Positions 35,054-47,600 of a stretch of DNA of 64,000 nucleotides are shown piece by piece (the first letter of the stretch is position 1; the number at the start of each line of letters is the position of its first letter). The stretch is from a virus. Lineage: Duplodnaviria; Caudoviricetes. The DNA lies in the IMG/VR virus record IMGVR_UViG_3300036985_003382, positions 2,166 through 66,165 of that record; one strand, given 5' to 3'. Made by a program: the position numbers and the translations under genes. Below the pieces are notes generated by a model that did not search any database, had not been told where the DNA came from, and saw nothing but the letters and a program-made list of their open reading frames with translations.

Positions 35054-38000
35054 TGGCAGTGCGACAAGTTAGAAATAATCAACAACCATTTACGCTCGGT
35101 GATCGCAAGTTTCAAGGTATTGATACGTACAACGATCCGTCGCGTATTGATGCTGGATTCTGTCAAAGCTTAAACAATTTATTTATTACTGCTGGTACGG
35201 TCCGTCCACGTAATGGCTGGGCTTCTGTTTGGTACAACACTACAGGTTCTCCTGCATATGACTTTGCATTGGCAAATCCAATTAGAGAACTGACTGTTCT
35301 ACGTGATGCTGGACAAACTAGTAGGTTGTTATTTGCTAGTGGCACTGGACTATATACATATGACACATCTCAGTACAGTAGTTTAGGTACAAGATACACA
35401 ACTGCAAATCAACCCGTAGTGTTGAATGACAGGACAACTGGTAGTCCATTAAATATTACCAACGCTGACAACGTACGAATGGTTCAGTATGGACGATATG
35501 TCTATGGCTGCAGTGGTTCGACTAACCAGCTATTTAGAGTGCGCATGAATGGTAGCGCTGTAGAAGCTGAGACGTTACCTAATTTAAACTACGATCAAAT
35601 TAAAAACGTAAAGCCTATAGCAACGGCATCGTCGTTACAGGTTATGGCTGGTGCTCAAATAGGAGCTAAAAATACTGCACCTATTTTAACTGCAGGTTTT
35701 AGTTCATTACCAAGTGCCGCGTGGGTCAATCAAATCGGTGATCCTAGTTTTGATTTGAATGTTAATACTGGTTTTAACAGATGGAACTACAACGCTACTG
35801 ATGTTGTAAATATTACGTCTGGAGCAACAAATAAATTTGCAACAGCTGCTAAAAATCCACAGAACTATATATCTACACGAGATGGAGGCACTGGTAAACG
35901 ATGTGTTAAAGTTGATCAAATTCAAGACTACTTATTTCAAGACATGGATGTCCGTGCAATTAATTTAGTTACAGACAGTGAGCCATTTACATTTAGCGTT
36001 TTAACTGGTGCTTTGACTAATGTTGTAACAACAACATCACACGGATTATCTATTGGTCAAAAAATACAATTTCAAGCAACTACAGGCGGAGTATCTACCA
36101 CAACAATTTACTATGTCAAAACTATTGTTAATACCACTACATTTACAATTACTACAGATAGTACTTTAGTAGCAGCTGCATTTACATTTACTGTAGTTTC
36201 ATCAAGTACATTTAAAGTTTTACGCAATGCGGGTTTATATGTGTTTACGTGCTACCTTTGGAATGAAGATGATTTAACTAACTTTGTTAGCAATAACACA
36301 ATTGATATACGCATTAATGCATACAAAACAACTGACGCAACCGCCTTTGCCAGTAATCAATTAATTTCTGGATCTGAGGTTTACTACAACGCTAGACCTT
36401 CTGCTGCTAGAAACTCAAGTGACTGGCAAAGATTTGAAGTATTTGTAGATTTTAGAGAATATGCCAACATTATGACTGGCATACAGATTAGACTAAGCAC
36501 TGCTTTTGATAGAGGTGGAGCAAGTTATGTGTTGATTGAAGACACGTCTTTGTATGCTATTAATAGTGCTCTAGCATTGTCTGACCCGCAAGATGATCCT
36601 ACTGGATTAGCTAAATTAAAAGGCGTACAAGACAATACTACTTTTGAAGCAACATCTCCTATTGAAACATATGCACGTTATCTAGAAGGGGAATACATAA
36701 AAATAGACTTAGGTGCAACATATTCATTTACAGAAACTGAAAGCCTAAGCATTAGAGCATCTTTTTCAGAAGTAATAAATTCATCTATTCCGCCTTTCAG
36801 TCTTGGTTTTAGAATTGGAAATAAAACTGAATGGACTGGTCAATGCTCTTACGATAAAGATAAAGGTTATTTGACATTTCAATTGTTTCCAGTTTCACAG
36901 GCATATAGAACATCTGTTCGTTATTTGTATTTCAAACTTGACTACGATCTTTCTACATTGCGAAATAATGAATGGTGTATATCGTTTGGAGAAGTTACTA
37001 AACAAGGAGCATTAACGCCATCTAGCAAGTACTCGTATGCTTTATCTTTATGGCGCCCTTATACACTCCCTTCATCTCCAACTGCGGCAGCTGGTGTAGT
37101 AGCGTGGGCAACTACACCAGAGTTACCCACGGGTGATGGATTTGAAACTACACCTACGCAGTTTAGTGCTGATGTAACAATTACTGCTGCCGTCAATCAA
37201 GTTACTCTTAAGTTGTACGCTGGAGATTTACGGAGGATTGGTGGTGGTAACTGTACTTATAAGTATGGACTTCTTTACAGAAAAAATGTTTTAACTGGAG
37301 ATGATGTTGGCAGGTTAATAGCCATAATTGATTTAGACACAGGTGCCGCGTATGTTGATAGCACTAAATGGAATGGAGCAACATCATCCTTCTCTGACAC
37401 TGCTACTAACGAGATTACTTTTACTGATCAAGTACAAGACTCTGGATTACTGTTTGATAACGGGATTGGTACACGTGGATATAGATTACGGCGTGGCCGT
37501 GATTCATTCCCTACTGGTTGTACATCTATTGCTGTGTTCAACAGTCGATTGTTTGTTTCTGTCAATAACACTATTTATACTAGTTGGTTATTAGATCCAG
37601 CAAACGAATACGGCATCTATACAACTAATGTTCCTGACTTTAACGACTCAATGATGAAGACTAAGGGTACAAGTTTTAGTATTTCATCTAGGACTGATGA
37701 AGAACAGATAATGGATATGTTGCCAATTGGTGGTGATGGCCTTATACGTGAGAACAGTACATCTGCAGCATTAGCAATTTTACGTGAACGATCTACTTAT
37801 CTCCTTACGGGAGATAATCCATCAACATTTGCAAGCCAAGGATTTTTGCAGGGTGAAGGAACAGGATTACTAGCCAAACGTGGAGCATGTATTGTCAATG
37901 GGCGCATTGTTTACTTGACATCATCAGGCATTATGCAATTGACCGGCATGCAACTTGAAGCTATTGGACTACCATTGGAAGGTGTATTAAATATTCGCAG

Positions 38001-38670
38001 TCAAGATTATGGCCCATTATCATCTTCGTCGTATATAAATGCTGCAGCTTATGCGCAATCTGAGTTATGTGTACACGACAGACGTATACATGTATTATCT
38101 CCAGTTGCTGGTGAAGCATCAGGCTCTACGTGTACGCGAATGTATGTGTACGACACACGTATTGGTGGTTGGGTTAACTGGACAAATCCTACCGCTTATA
38201 CATCTATGGTGTCTGTTGAGACTGCTGATGACACACAAGAGTTATATGTGGGCAGTAGAAATGGAAAGCTTTTTAGGCTTGAAGGGTTTTCTGATTTAGC
38301 ATATGGTTCATCAACTAGAGTTAGCACTGGAATCACATGGAGTTTAGTATCTAGGGAGTTTGGCCAATCTGCAGCTGAAGGAAATATGTATTACTCAGCA
38401 AATAAACTACATAGCTTTAATATGCACATAAGTAATGACTCCGCTACTATTATTCAAACAAACTGGTCTTTAACTGGCATGAATGGTTATTCAAGCACTG
38501 GTACATATTCATGGCCAGCAAGCAAAGAACAAATTACATCACAAAGAAGTATACAGAGAACTGCAGATAGGCAAACATTTACAGTCACTATTAGTGGAAC
38601 AACTAGCACAGCATGGAAGTTATTTAGTTTTCACGCAACAACCACAGAAGGTAATACACCAAGAGATTAA
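35053..38670 (+). CDS. tail nozzle / DNA stabilisation protein (P22 gp10 / T7 gp12-like)
   Basis: FQGID...NLFIT.G...RPRNG N-terminus, beta-propeller-like C-half (IAVFNSRLFV, YVYDTRIGGW); precedes ejection genes. Confidence 0.72.
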   Translation: MAVRQVRNNQQPFTLGDRKFQGIDTYNDPSRIDAGFCQSLNNLFITAGTVRPRNGWASVWYNTTGSPAYDFALANPIRELTVLRDAGQTSRLLFASGTGLYTYDTSQYSSLGTRYTTANQPVVLNDRTTGSPLNITNADNVRMVQYGRYVYGCSGSTNQLFRVRMNGSAVEAETLPNLNYDQIKNVKPIATASSLQVMAGAQIGAKNTAPILTAGFSSLPSAAWVNQIGDPSFDLNVNTGFNRWNYNATDVVNITSGATNKFATAAKNPQNYISTRDGGTGKRCVKVDQIQDYLFQDMDVRAINLVTDSEPFTFSVLTGALTNVVTTTSHGLSIGQKIQFQATTGGVSTTTIYYVKTIVNTTTFTITTDSTLVAAAFTFTVVSSSTFKVLRNAGLYVFTCYLWNEDDLTNFVSNNTIDIRINAYKTTDATAFASNQLISGSEVYYNARPSAARNSSDWQRFEVFVDFREYANIMTGIQIRLSTAFDRGGASYVLIEDTSLYAINSALALSDPQDDPTGLAKLKGVQDNTTFEATSPIETYARYLEGEYIKIDLGATYSFTETESLSIRASFSEVINSSIPPFSLGFRIGNKTEWTGQCSYDKDKGYLTFQLFPVSQAYRTSVRYLYFKLDYDLSTLRNNEWCISFGEVTKQGALTPSSKYSYALSLWRPYTLPSSPTAAAGVVAWATTPELPTGDGFETTPTQFSADVTITAAVNQVTLKLYAGDLRRIGGGNCTYKYGLLYRKNVLTGDDVGRLIAIIDLDTGAAYVDSTKWNGATSSFSDTATNEITFTDQVQDSGLLFDNGIGTRGYRLRRGRDSFPTGCTSIAVFNSRLFVSVNNTIYTSWLLDPANEYGIYTTNVPDFNDSMMKTKGTSFSISSRTDEEQIMDMLPIGGDGLIRENSTSAALAILRERSTYLLTGDNPSTFASQGFLQGEGTGLLAKRGACIVNGRIVYLTSSGIMQLTGMQLEAIGLPLEGVLNIRSQDYGPLSSSSYINAAAYAQSELCVHDRRIHVLSPVAGEASGSTCTRMYVYDTRIGGWVNWTNPTAYTSMVSVETADDTQELYVGSRNGKLFRLEGFSDLAYGSSTRVSTGITWSLVSREFGQSAAEGNMYYSANKLHSFNMHISNDSATIIQTNWSLTGMNGYSSTGTYSWPASKEQITSQRSIQRTADRQTFTVTISGTTSTAWKLFSFHATTTEGNTPRD

Positions 38671-38672
38671 TT

Positions 38673-39128
38673 ATGCCTATTGTTTCCCCACTTACATACC
38701 CAACAGATGGAAGATACGGACAGCCAGAGCAGTTATCCGGCAGAGGTAAATCTTCTGCTGCTATACGTGAATCTAACTTACGTGGTTTTGATCCAGTACC
38801 ATATCAACCAGCATCTAATGCTTTATATTACACATCTGCATCATTTGAAATACCTATTGCTCCATGCGTTATGATATGTGATGCAACATCAGCTAGTATT
38901 GTATTGACTCTACCGATGGCATCATCTTGTTATGGTAGATCCGTAGATGTAATTAAAACTGATGTTAGTGTAAACACAATTACATTTGCCGCGACGGGCG
39001 CAGACATAGTTACATACAATGCAGCTTGGGTTGGATTAAACGAGCAATGGGAAACATGTCGCGTCTTGGCTATAGTAGATAGTGCTGGTCAAGGACGCTG
39101 GGTAATAATGATGGCGAGGTCAGTATAA
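38673..39128 (+). CDS. small virion protein
   Basis: CDATSASIVLTLP...IKTDVSVNTIT motif common in fibre tip domains. Confidence 0.55.
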   Translation: MPIVSPLTYPTDGRYGQPEQLSGRGKSSAAIRESNLRGFDPVPYQPASNALYYTSASFEIPIAPCVMICDATSASIVLTLPMASSCYGRSVDVIKTDVSVNTITFAATGADIVTYNAAWVGLNEQWETCRVLAIVDSAGQGRWVIMMARSV

Positions 39129-39129
39129 A

Positions 39130-39846
39130 ATGATAGATCCACTCACAGGTTCGTTAATTATGCAGGGTGTTGGTCAACTTGCTGGCGGATTATTTAAGCC
39201 GCGTAGAAGCAAGACCCTTGGAATGCAAGAACAGTATGCTCGATCAAAGATGGGCTACATTCCATACTTTGACAACATGATGAAACAGGGTCAAGCCCAG
39301 CAGAATCAGTTTATGCCGTTAGCTCAAAAGTCTGCTGCTATGGGTATTGAAGCTGCGTATAAACCATTAACGCAAACAGATGTGTTTAAAGGCACTGGAG
39401 CCGCTAATGCAATACTGCAAAATCAAGGCGATGCACAGATGTCAGCGGCTCAGATGCGTGGCTCACAATCAGGTTTATATGGTCCTGCACAAGCCGGATT
39501 AATGCAGGGTACGCAGAATAGTATTAACGCCGCACAGGCTGGAAACATTGCGCAGTTTGGTGCCAACTATGAAGCCAATGCTCCACAGCGATATGCTGCA
39601 GCAACCGGTATGGCTAATCAAATGGCTGGTGCTGGAACCAATATGATGCAAGGTGGTATACAAGGGTCAACAAACTTGTATTCACAGGGTATGCAAGATC
39701 AAGCAAATATTGGCGCACAGTATCAAACAGCCGATGATGCAGCTAGAGCTGAACATGCACAGTTCACATCATTCTTAACTGGGCTTCCATTTCAAATGGA
39801 AAACGCTAATAACATGCGAGCCTTAGCAAAAAAACAAAATCCGTAG
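39130..39846 (+). CDS. DNA ejection/pilot protein
   Basis: MIDPLTGSLIMQGVGQLAGGLF start; Q/A/G/M-rich; position after nozzle. Confidence 0.65.
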   Translation: MIDPLTGSLIMQGVGQLAGGLFKPRRSKTLGMQEQYARSKMGYIPYFDNMMKQGQAQQNQFMPLAQKSAAMGIEAAYKPLTQTDVFKGTGAANAILQNQGDAQMSAAQMRGSQSGLYGPAQAGLMQGTQNSINAAQAGNIAQFGANYEANAPQRYAAATGMANQMAGAGTNMMQGGIQGSTNLYSQGMQDQANIGAQYQTADDAARAEHAQFTSFLTGLPFQMENANNMRALAKKQNP

Positions 39847-39855
39847 GAGACTGTT

Positions 39856-41592
39856 ATGGCATTTAATTCATCCGCACTTACAGCTGGCATTGGCTCGATG
39901 ATTCAAGGTATTCAATCATCCGCGCAACAAAAATTACAACTTGCTCAAATGGAGCGCCAGAAACGCATTGAAGATGCAAATTTAATTCATCAACGTCAAA
40001 TGGAGGACCTTGCACGTCGAAGTGGAGCAGAGCAATTAGATGATCAAACAAAAACTAACCCACTTAGGCGTGACGTATTAGGCGCTCAAAGAGATTTAAG
40101 TAGGGGAATACTACCAAGTCAAATCAGAAGCGCCGAGCTTGGTGTTATTGGGCAAGACATACAAAATAGAACTGGCTTATTTAATTTAGACGAATTACTT
40201 CCACAGCAAAAACAAGGAATGTTTAATGCCAATAAGATTTCAGGCGTACAGGGAAATATTGCTGAAGCAACACAAGGCGCGGATATAACTTTAAGGAAAC
40301 AAGTACCTGAAGGCAATCAATTTACTGCAACGGCTAAATTGCGAGCTGGTTTTGATGAGCCAATAAAAACAATTCAAAGTGCCCTCGCTGTATTGAACGA
40401 CAAAAAGATGTCATTAGCAGACAAAAACGCTGCATATCAACGTTATAACGAAGCTAGGCAAACCCTTATGGCTATGCCCGGACAAGTAACATCAGCAGAA
40501 GGGTTACCTAGTTTATTTCCAGATGTAAAAGGGATGCGATCCGATTACATGAAAAGGATTGGTGGCAAAGAAGGTGAAACTGATATGGGTGCAGTGATAG
40601 GACGTTATGCACCAGAACGCAAAGCACCTACTATTGCTGACACGCTAGATATATACAATGTTGTTCCCGGCCTTATTCAAGGTTTAATGAGCGGTGCGGC
40701 GTCAAACCCTAATGATAGTTATATTGATCGTGGAGATTACACAGTAGATATCAAAACGGGACCAAAAGGTACATATAAAACACCGTCGTTTAATTTAAGA
40801 AAAATGGCAAGCGGGTTAATAGATGGATTAGGAAATCAAGTTCAAAGGGCTGCTCAACAAGCGCAAATATCAGAACAGGAATTATGGAAAATAGGGTTTG
40901 GGTTAATAGATAGTGATTTTAAAAACGGGGTGCCAAATTTTGGCAAACAAGGTGTAAAAGATAGAGTTCTTTCAAAAATGACTATGGGTTTTGTTCAAAA
41001 TCCAGAAATGCAAAAAGCTCTTATAGCTACTAATGCTGGCTACGAAGAGGTAATGAAAACTAATTTGTCCTCTTACTTAGCTTCAATTAACAAGGGAACT
41101 GCTAAGGCACAAATTGATGCGACATTAAAGACATTGCAACTACCAATGGTTAACACATACGTCATGGCAATGACTCAAGCAACTACAAGCTACAATCAAA
41201 TTTTAGCAGAAATGCGCAAAGCAGGTATGGTTGACCCTCAAAATATGACTATGGAATCACTTCTTAGTTCTGTTAAATCTGATAATGATACTGTTAGACG
41301 AGATGCTGTAACTAGATTAATGGCGGATAGGGATAGGATTGCGGCAGTTATAAAAAAAGCAAACGAAACATTTATTGGAAAAAATGTTAACAATGACCCG
41401 AACTTTGAAGCTCCAGACCCGGCGTACAGAGCTTCAGAGGCTATTACTGCGCTATTACAAAGTGGATTCTCAGGGCAAACGCTACCTGCAACTACTTCCC
41501 CTCCGGGCGCTGCGCCTCCAGCTAGTTCTGGTGGTTTAGGAGTTGCTCCTGGAGTACAAATTGCACCGGGTCTTTTTCCACCAGGTCCATAG
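39856..41592 (+). CDS. ejection / internal core protein
   Basis: Gly-rich amphipathic start, then coiled-coil; between pilot and giant protein. Confidence 0.6.
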   Translation: MAFNSSALTAGIGSMIQGIQSSAQQKLQLAQMERQKRIEDANLIHQRQMEDLARRSGAEQLDDQTKTNPLRRDVLGAQRDLSRGILPSQIRSAELGVIGQDIQNRTGLFNLDELLPQQKQGMFNANKISGVQGNIAEATQGADITLRKQVPEGNQFTATAKLRAGFDEPIKTIQSALAVLNDKKMSLADKNAAYQRYNEARQTLMAMPGQVTSAEGLPSLFPDVKGMRSDYMKRIGGKEGETDMGAVIGRYAPERKAPTIADTLDIYNVVPGLIQGLMSGAASNPNDSYIDRGDYTVDIKTGPKGTYKTPSFNLRKMASGLIDGLGNQVQRAAQQAQISEQELWKIGFGLIDSDFKNGVPNFGKQGVKDRVLSKMTMGFVQNPEMQKALIATNAGYEEVMKTNLSSYLASINKGTAKAQIDATLKTLQLPMVNTYVMAMTQATTSYNQILAEMRKAGMVDPQNMTMESLLSSVKSDNDTVRRDAVTRLMADRDRIAAVIKKANETFIGKNVNNDPNFEAPDPAYRASEAITALLQSGFSGQTLPATTSPPGAAPPASSGGLGVAPGVQIAPGLFPPGP

Positions 41593-41614
41593 TAAAATAC
41601 TAAAGAGGTAACGT

Positions 41615-44600
41615 ATGCCAGATCAACGCGACAAATCCAGATCCGATGCTTATTGGAAAAAAAGATATACCGAAGCAGGTGTTGTTCCAAGTCCTCAAGG
41701 TGTGACCGTAACACGGCCTACTAATAGGCTAGGATTTGAAAATACTTATCCAAAAAGTCAAATTAATGAGTTTGTACGTACTCAATATAATCCGTTAGCT
41801 GATGCTATACGAGCAGGTAATCCAGCTGTAGTTTCATCCGCCACTCTTGACTTTGCTAATAATGCATATCGCGAAGGCCTTATTGATGAGTCTCAACGCA
41901 ATTACATAAAGTCAAGTATTGCGAATATGCGTCAGCAGATGTCGCGTACTCCTGTTGCTTCAGCAGATGGACAGCAAATTCCATTTGGGCGGCTTGGTAG
42001 AGTTCAAGGACCATCTGGAACATTTGGTGCAGTCAACGATCAGTTAATGCATTCTGATCTAATTCAATACAATGCAGATGGTTCTTTTAGTTATAATCCA
42101 GCAGGTACTGCAGCAGATATTAACTCGACAACTGGTGCTAATGCTAGACGTCAACAAGACATTATGGCTGGCGCTACACCAAAAAGTGTTGGTGCTGAAA
42201 CATGGTCTACATTAGGCGCACAAGCAGTTGGCACTGCAGCTGCTTTGCCATATGGTCTAGCGTTAAACTTTCCCGGTTTTAATCCACAAGCTAACGATGA
42301 AACATTTGGTGGCAGGGTCGTGTCTTCTGCTCAAGGTACGTTGGCTGGATTTGCAGCTAAACCACTAGACATGATGTCTGGTATTACTCAGGGTACGTCT
42401 TATCTTGGCGCAAGATTAGCAGGGCGTTCTCCAGAAGATGCAAATCAAATAGCATCAAGTATAAAAGAACAAACTCCTTATTACAATACAAGTGATCAAA
42501 TGCTTGCACCGGGCATGGAAAACCAACAATTTCAATTAGGCTCTGCTGTAGGTGGTGAGCTTTTTACTGCAGTACCAGCACTGTACAGTAGCCTTGGATT
42601 ACTTAATGCATCAGGAGCACTTGGTGCTCGGATGCTTGCCAGTGCTGGCACTAAAGCTTCTAACGTTGGTAGATATATTGGCATTGGGTCAGCTGTTGTA
42701 GCCCCTACTGCTGTTGCTGGTTTTAGAGACCAGTTAACTGGTGGGAAACCCGGTGTTAGGGAAGACCTTGTAGCGGGCGCAGAATCCATCATGGATCCTA
42801 TTAGGTCTACTATGCAACGAGGTATTACGGAATCTGGTGCAATTGGTCAAGCAAACTTTGACCCTCAAGGTAAAACTCAAGCAGCGTTACAACAAGCTGG
42901 CATTCTAGCAATGGCAAGTGGTGGTTCATTACAGATGTGGAAAGACGTAAAAAATCAATCCTCTATTGGCATTCAAGCAATGCGAGAAAGCATTAAGACA
43001 AACCGCAATCCATTTACGGCACTTGGAACAGGCATTTCAGCTTCTATTGAAGGAGAGATTGGTAAGGCTGCAGCCGCTGATCTTGGCTTTGCTTTGACTC
43101 AGCCATTAAGTGACATTGGGCGTATGGTATACGCCAACACACGTATTGATAAATCCGTGCCAATAGACACTCCAACTGCTGGTGATGTATTTAAGTCCAT
43201 GATGCTTGGCCTTGTTGCGTCACGTCCGGGTAAAAGTGCCCAATTCATTTTCCGTGGTAATCCTCTACAGAGCCTTGAACCTAAGACTATGGCATTGGCT
43301 CATGCTACTGATATTGTTCGTAAAGGTGGACCAGAATTACAAGCACTAGTAAAGCATTACAACGAAAAATATAACGACTTCATTGAACCAAATGACGTCG
43401 ATATTAGACGTCTTGCAACAGTAATGGCTAATGATAACGTAGCAAACTTACAAAGGTTAGCTAAATTTCAAGAGATTGAAGACGGTGCTCCAGTCACTAA
43501 AACAGCTGCGGAATATATTGATGCATACATAAATAATCCTGACGCATTCCCAGAATCACTACGTACTAAATATGAGACATTACTTACGAGCATGCGTCCA
43601 AACAAGGCCAAGATAGACCTTGATGATGGCAACCCATTAAATACAATTGAGCTGGCTGATGAGTATAAGACTGATCTAGTTACTAGGCGTAGGCGAATTA
43701 AGGAATATACCGATGCGCTATTGCCAGTTTATACAGAGCAGATGAAAAACTTAGGTCAAAAGCCAGCAGAAATTAGTGACAAGGTTCGTTATTACGGCAT
43801 TGATACTAAAGATGGACGCATGCTTTTATTTGACAGGGATTTTAGGAATGCAACATTAGTTCCAAAACATGAAGCTGAAGACATTGCAATGCTTCAACCA
43901 AAGTATTCCCCAATTGAAAACGTTTATACACCAGAAGAAAAATCTGACCGCCAACCTTTATATGAAGCCCTTGATAATATTCGAGGCAAGGTGTTTCGCA
44001 TAGGTTCGCAAGACGGAGTTGTTACACATTTTGACGCACTGGGTGTGTTCGTTAAAGTCGAGGGTGGTGAAAGTAAATTTTTAAGCCGTAGGGAGATAGA
44101 GCAACTATTAGAAACATCTACTTCTGATGGTTTAACGGAAGAACAAATTGATAATTTAACTCAACTACAAGAGTTAACAAACATTATTCATAGAACACAA
44201 AGTCTTGTTGAACCAACAAGACAATCTCTTTATGGTGAGCAATTTAAAGATAGTAGATTTAAAACACCTTTATTAAATACTGGGCGATCGTTACGTGTAA
44301 AGCCAGATGCAAATTTAGTAGATACATTTAGAGGTACTGATATATTCCAGTCCAGCGATGGATCTTATGCAATTTTTACTAAAGGTGAAATCCCTTCTAC
44401 GCTTTCACCAGAATTTAAAAATCCCGGCGAAAGACAAATTGATCCAACTAATTCAGTGTGGACAGTAAGTAAAGATACTGCTAGTGGACCTATAGATGTT
44501 GACCTTGTGTTATCTGGGCGCCAACAAGAAGCTATTGCTGCGTTACCACTAGGCAGTACTGCTGAAAAAGGTATTGAGAAAGCCTACGATTATGCAGACC

Positions 44601-47600
44601 CATTTACTCATGACCTTGGAGATATTGTTTCTGTTACACAAAAAGATGGCACTGAAGTTAAATATGTTCTTGTTGAAAAGTTTGATGACTCCGCAATAGG
44701 TGTACGAATAGATGCACCTGAGTCAACTCCTGCAATTATTTTTGAAAGTCCTGCATTAAAAGTAGAAAAGATTGACAGGGGATTTTTGCAGACTAAATTT
44801 GATTCGGCTAGTCGTGTAGTTGGCGCGGATTTGACATCTATTCGCCCAGAAAATAATGAGATTACGACAATCTTGCAGCATGCAATGTACTTGTCTAGTC
44901 GTGATGAATCTGCTGATGGTCCAGCTATTGTTTACGATGAAATTACTAATGCCTTACCTGAAGAGTTATCCGGCGTTATTCATAGTGTTCTAACAAGAGA
45001 TGCAGAGACATTAGGCGTTGAACGTAATGTAGCAGCTTCATTGCGTGAGTGGTTATTAAAAAATAGAGAACAAGCTGCTGATTTAGAATCGTATATTCAA
45101 GGAGCAATGGCAACTGAGATTACACTAAGTGCTCGTGACATTAGTGTGCAGAAATTAGCAAGACTACAACGCATTCTTGACAATGGAGAATTAAATAGTC
45201 TTATTGATCAATTGGTTGGAGTATATGATTCTGACGCAGAAACATCTGCTGACGTCATGTACTCTTCTAGCCCTAGAAGAGTAGGAACAGCAAGAGGAGA
45301 GTTTCTGACTCTTTTAGGTGTAGCAAACAAAATAAACAGACTACTAATGCGCGACAAGCATATTAGTGATGCAACTATTGAGCGTGTAGTAAACAAGGAC
45401 CTTGGTAAAGATACACGCTTTGAAGGTAAGTTAGATATTGCATTACAAACAATTAAGAAGTTAGCAAAGTTATCTAGCCAAATAAACCCTATTGCTTTAG
45501 GAGTAGTTCTAAATAAAGGTTCGTTATGGCAGATGGAACAATTAGCCTTGTTACCACAAGACATACAGGTTCTGTCTGCATTAGTTCCATATGAAGATAT
45601 GCCGTCTGTTTATACGGATTCATTTGGAGAATGGTTTGCGTCAAAAGAAAAATACATTGCAGCTGTTACACGCGCAAAAGATTTATATTCTAATGCTGTA
45701 GCTAATGGCCCTGATGCCATTGCAAATTTAAAACGTGCGATGTATGACGCTCGCCTTGGATTCTTTTATGAGATGGCGGCACGAGCACCAGAAATTGCAT
45801 CAAGAGTAGACATGGATGTAGATGGTGGACGATCATTAGACACTATTAGTTCTAACCGTCAACGGTCTGCTGATGCAGTAAATGATGTTATTAAACGATT
45901 AGCCACTGAGAAGTTAGCTATTATTGCTAAGCAACTTCGAGATAATGAAACAGCACCAGATATGGCTGTTCCTGTTCCAATGAATGAGTTAGTTGCTGTA
46001 ACTAAAATTGCGGATAAAGATGGCTCTATTGATTTTTCAATCATGACAGACACTCAAGCTTTAGATGCAATTGTCGGATCAGAAGCAGGTGTTGATGCAT
46101 TAATTTCAATTGGTCGTAGATTAGCCAATGAACTTGATAAAGAAGACACTATGACTGGTGTTTCTGTTTATAGTGAGGAAGGTTTTAATGTAGGTTTAGG
46201 CACACTGCAAGAAGCAAAAGCACAACAAGAAAACAAATCTTTACTAGCAGCTGTAATTAGAAATTGGAACAATTTAACTCCTGAAGCTAAATCTGCAATT
46301 GGCTATATCAACATGCCATTAATCCAGTTGAGTGAGTTAATTAAAGCTATTGATAACGCTAACGATGATGCATTACGTGAGTCATTAATCTTTGGAATTA
46401 TGAATGCTGTTGGTACAGATGGTGCATCTAACACAGGATTTGAATTAAGTAAATTATTTAAAAGTCTGGACTCTGCAACAAAGTTTAGTAATTTTGCTGC
46501 AGATGTAATGGCCAAGAAAAATATAGCTGATTCTAGTGGCGGAGAAAGCGCAGAGACTAGACGCCGAACTTCTATACGTGGCGCAATGGATCTTTTACTA
46601 AAGTTACGATCTGAAATAGTTAACCCTGACGGAACTAGCATATTGGAAACTGCTGCTCTTTATTACAAATCCGCAGGAATAAAACCATCGGATTTATACT
46701 CGTTTATGTCTATGGTTTCACAAGAAGTTACTACATCTATGTTAGATGTTATTTCTAAAAACAAAGACACCAATCGAATGGAAGTCATTGGAGTTATTAG
46801 TAGTCAAGCAGCTGAAATGGGACAGGTTGTTAGAGTTGCTGGATCTGTAGAAGGTGATCAATCAACTAAACAAGCGGTATTAGAATTGCTTCATACAGTT
46901 ACAACTGATGGGCTTCAATATTTAGGTGTTACGTTTGACCCAAGAACACGTGTTCTTATAAGTGATGCCGTTCATCGAGTTATTAGTCAAGGAAAATTAA
47001 ATACTGCAGGATTGAACTCGGTTGAACAAGCACGTGCAATGATGGAAGAAGCTCGTACCTTGTCTGCACAGATAGCCGATTTCGTACTAGGTGATAAGTC
47101 ATTAGCCGAGCAACCAAATGCTGCGTATACGCCAGCTGCTGAGTCCACAGCAGAAAAGGTAGTTAATGCAATTGATGGCAACACATTCCATCAACGGTCT
47201 GGATCTAACAAAGATGCTGCAGCATATTTGCTTCTTGCTGGTAACAGGGCTGGACTTGAAAAGATTATTTTAGCAACGTTATTTGATGCTGCAAGTAAGG
47301 ATCAAATTCAGTTTGCTTCAATTGATGAAGCAATTGTTTCAGTAACTCTTGGTCCAGAGTTTGCTCGCAAATATTTTGCACGTGTTAAACAAGCACGATT
47401 TGTTAATGACAAAATTATTTTTGGCACAAGTGGAATTTTAAGAGCCGCAGTATTGCCGGGTGGTGCCGAAACTTACACTTTGCCTGACGCAACAAAACAT
47501 GATTTGATTGAAGGCCAAGCGCTTTTAAATCACTTTATGCAAAAAGCGTATCAGTTACTATCACCACGTGACAAAGGTAGATTTACTGAGGCCGTAACTT

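Noticed and set aside
45809-45826. DMDVDG (DxDxD) in the giant protein as a virion RNA polymerase active site; also TFDGD near 52440
   Set aside because: Lacks the [NG]ADFDGD / GxDFDID context, and no other double-psi-barrel motifs were recognised; short acidic matches are expected by chance in 4282 aa. A structure search would be needed to revive it.
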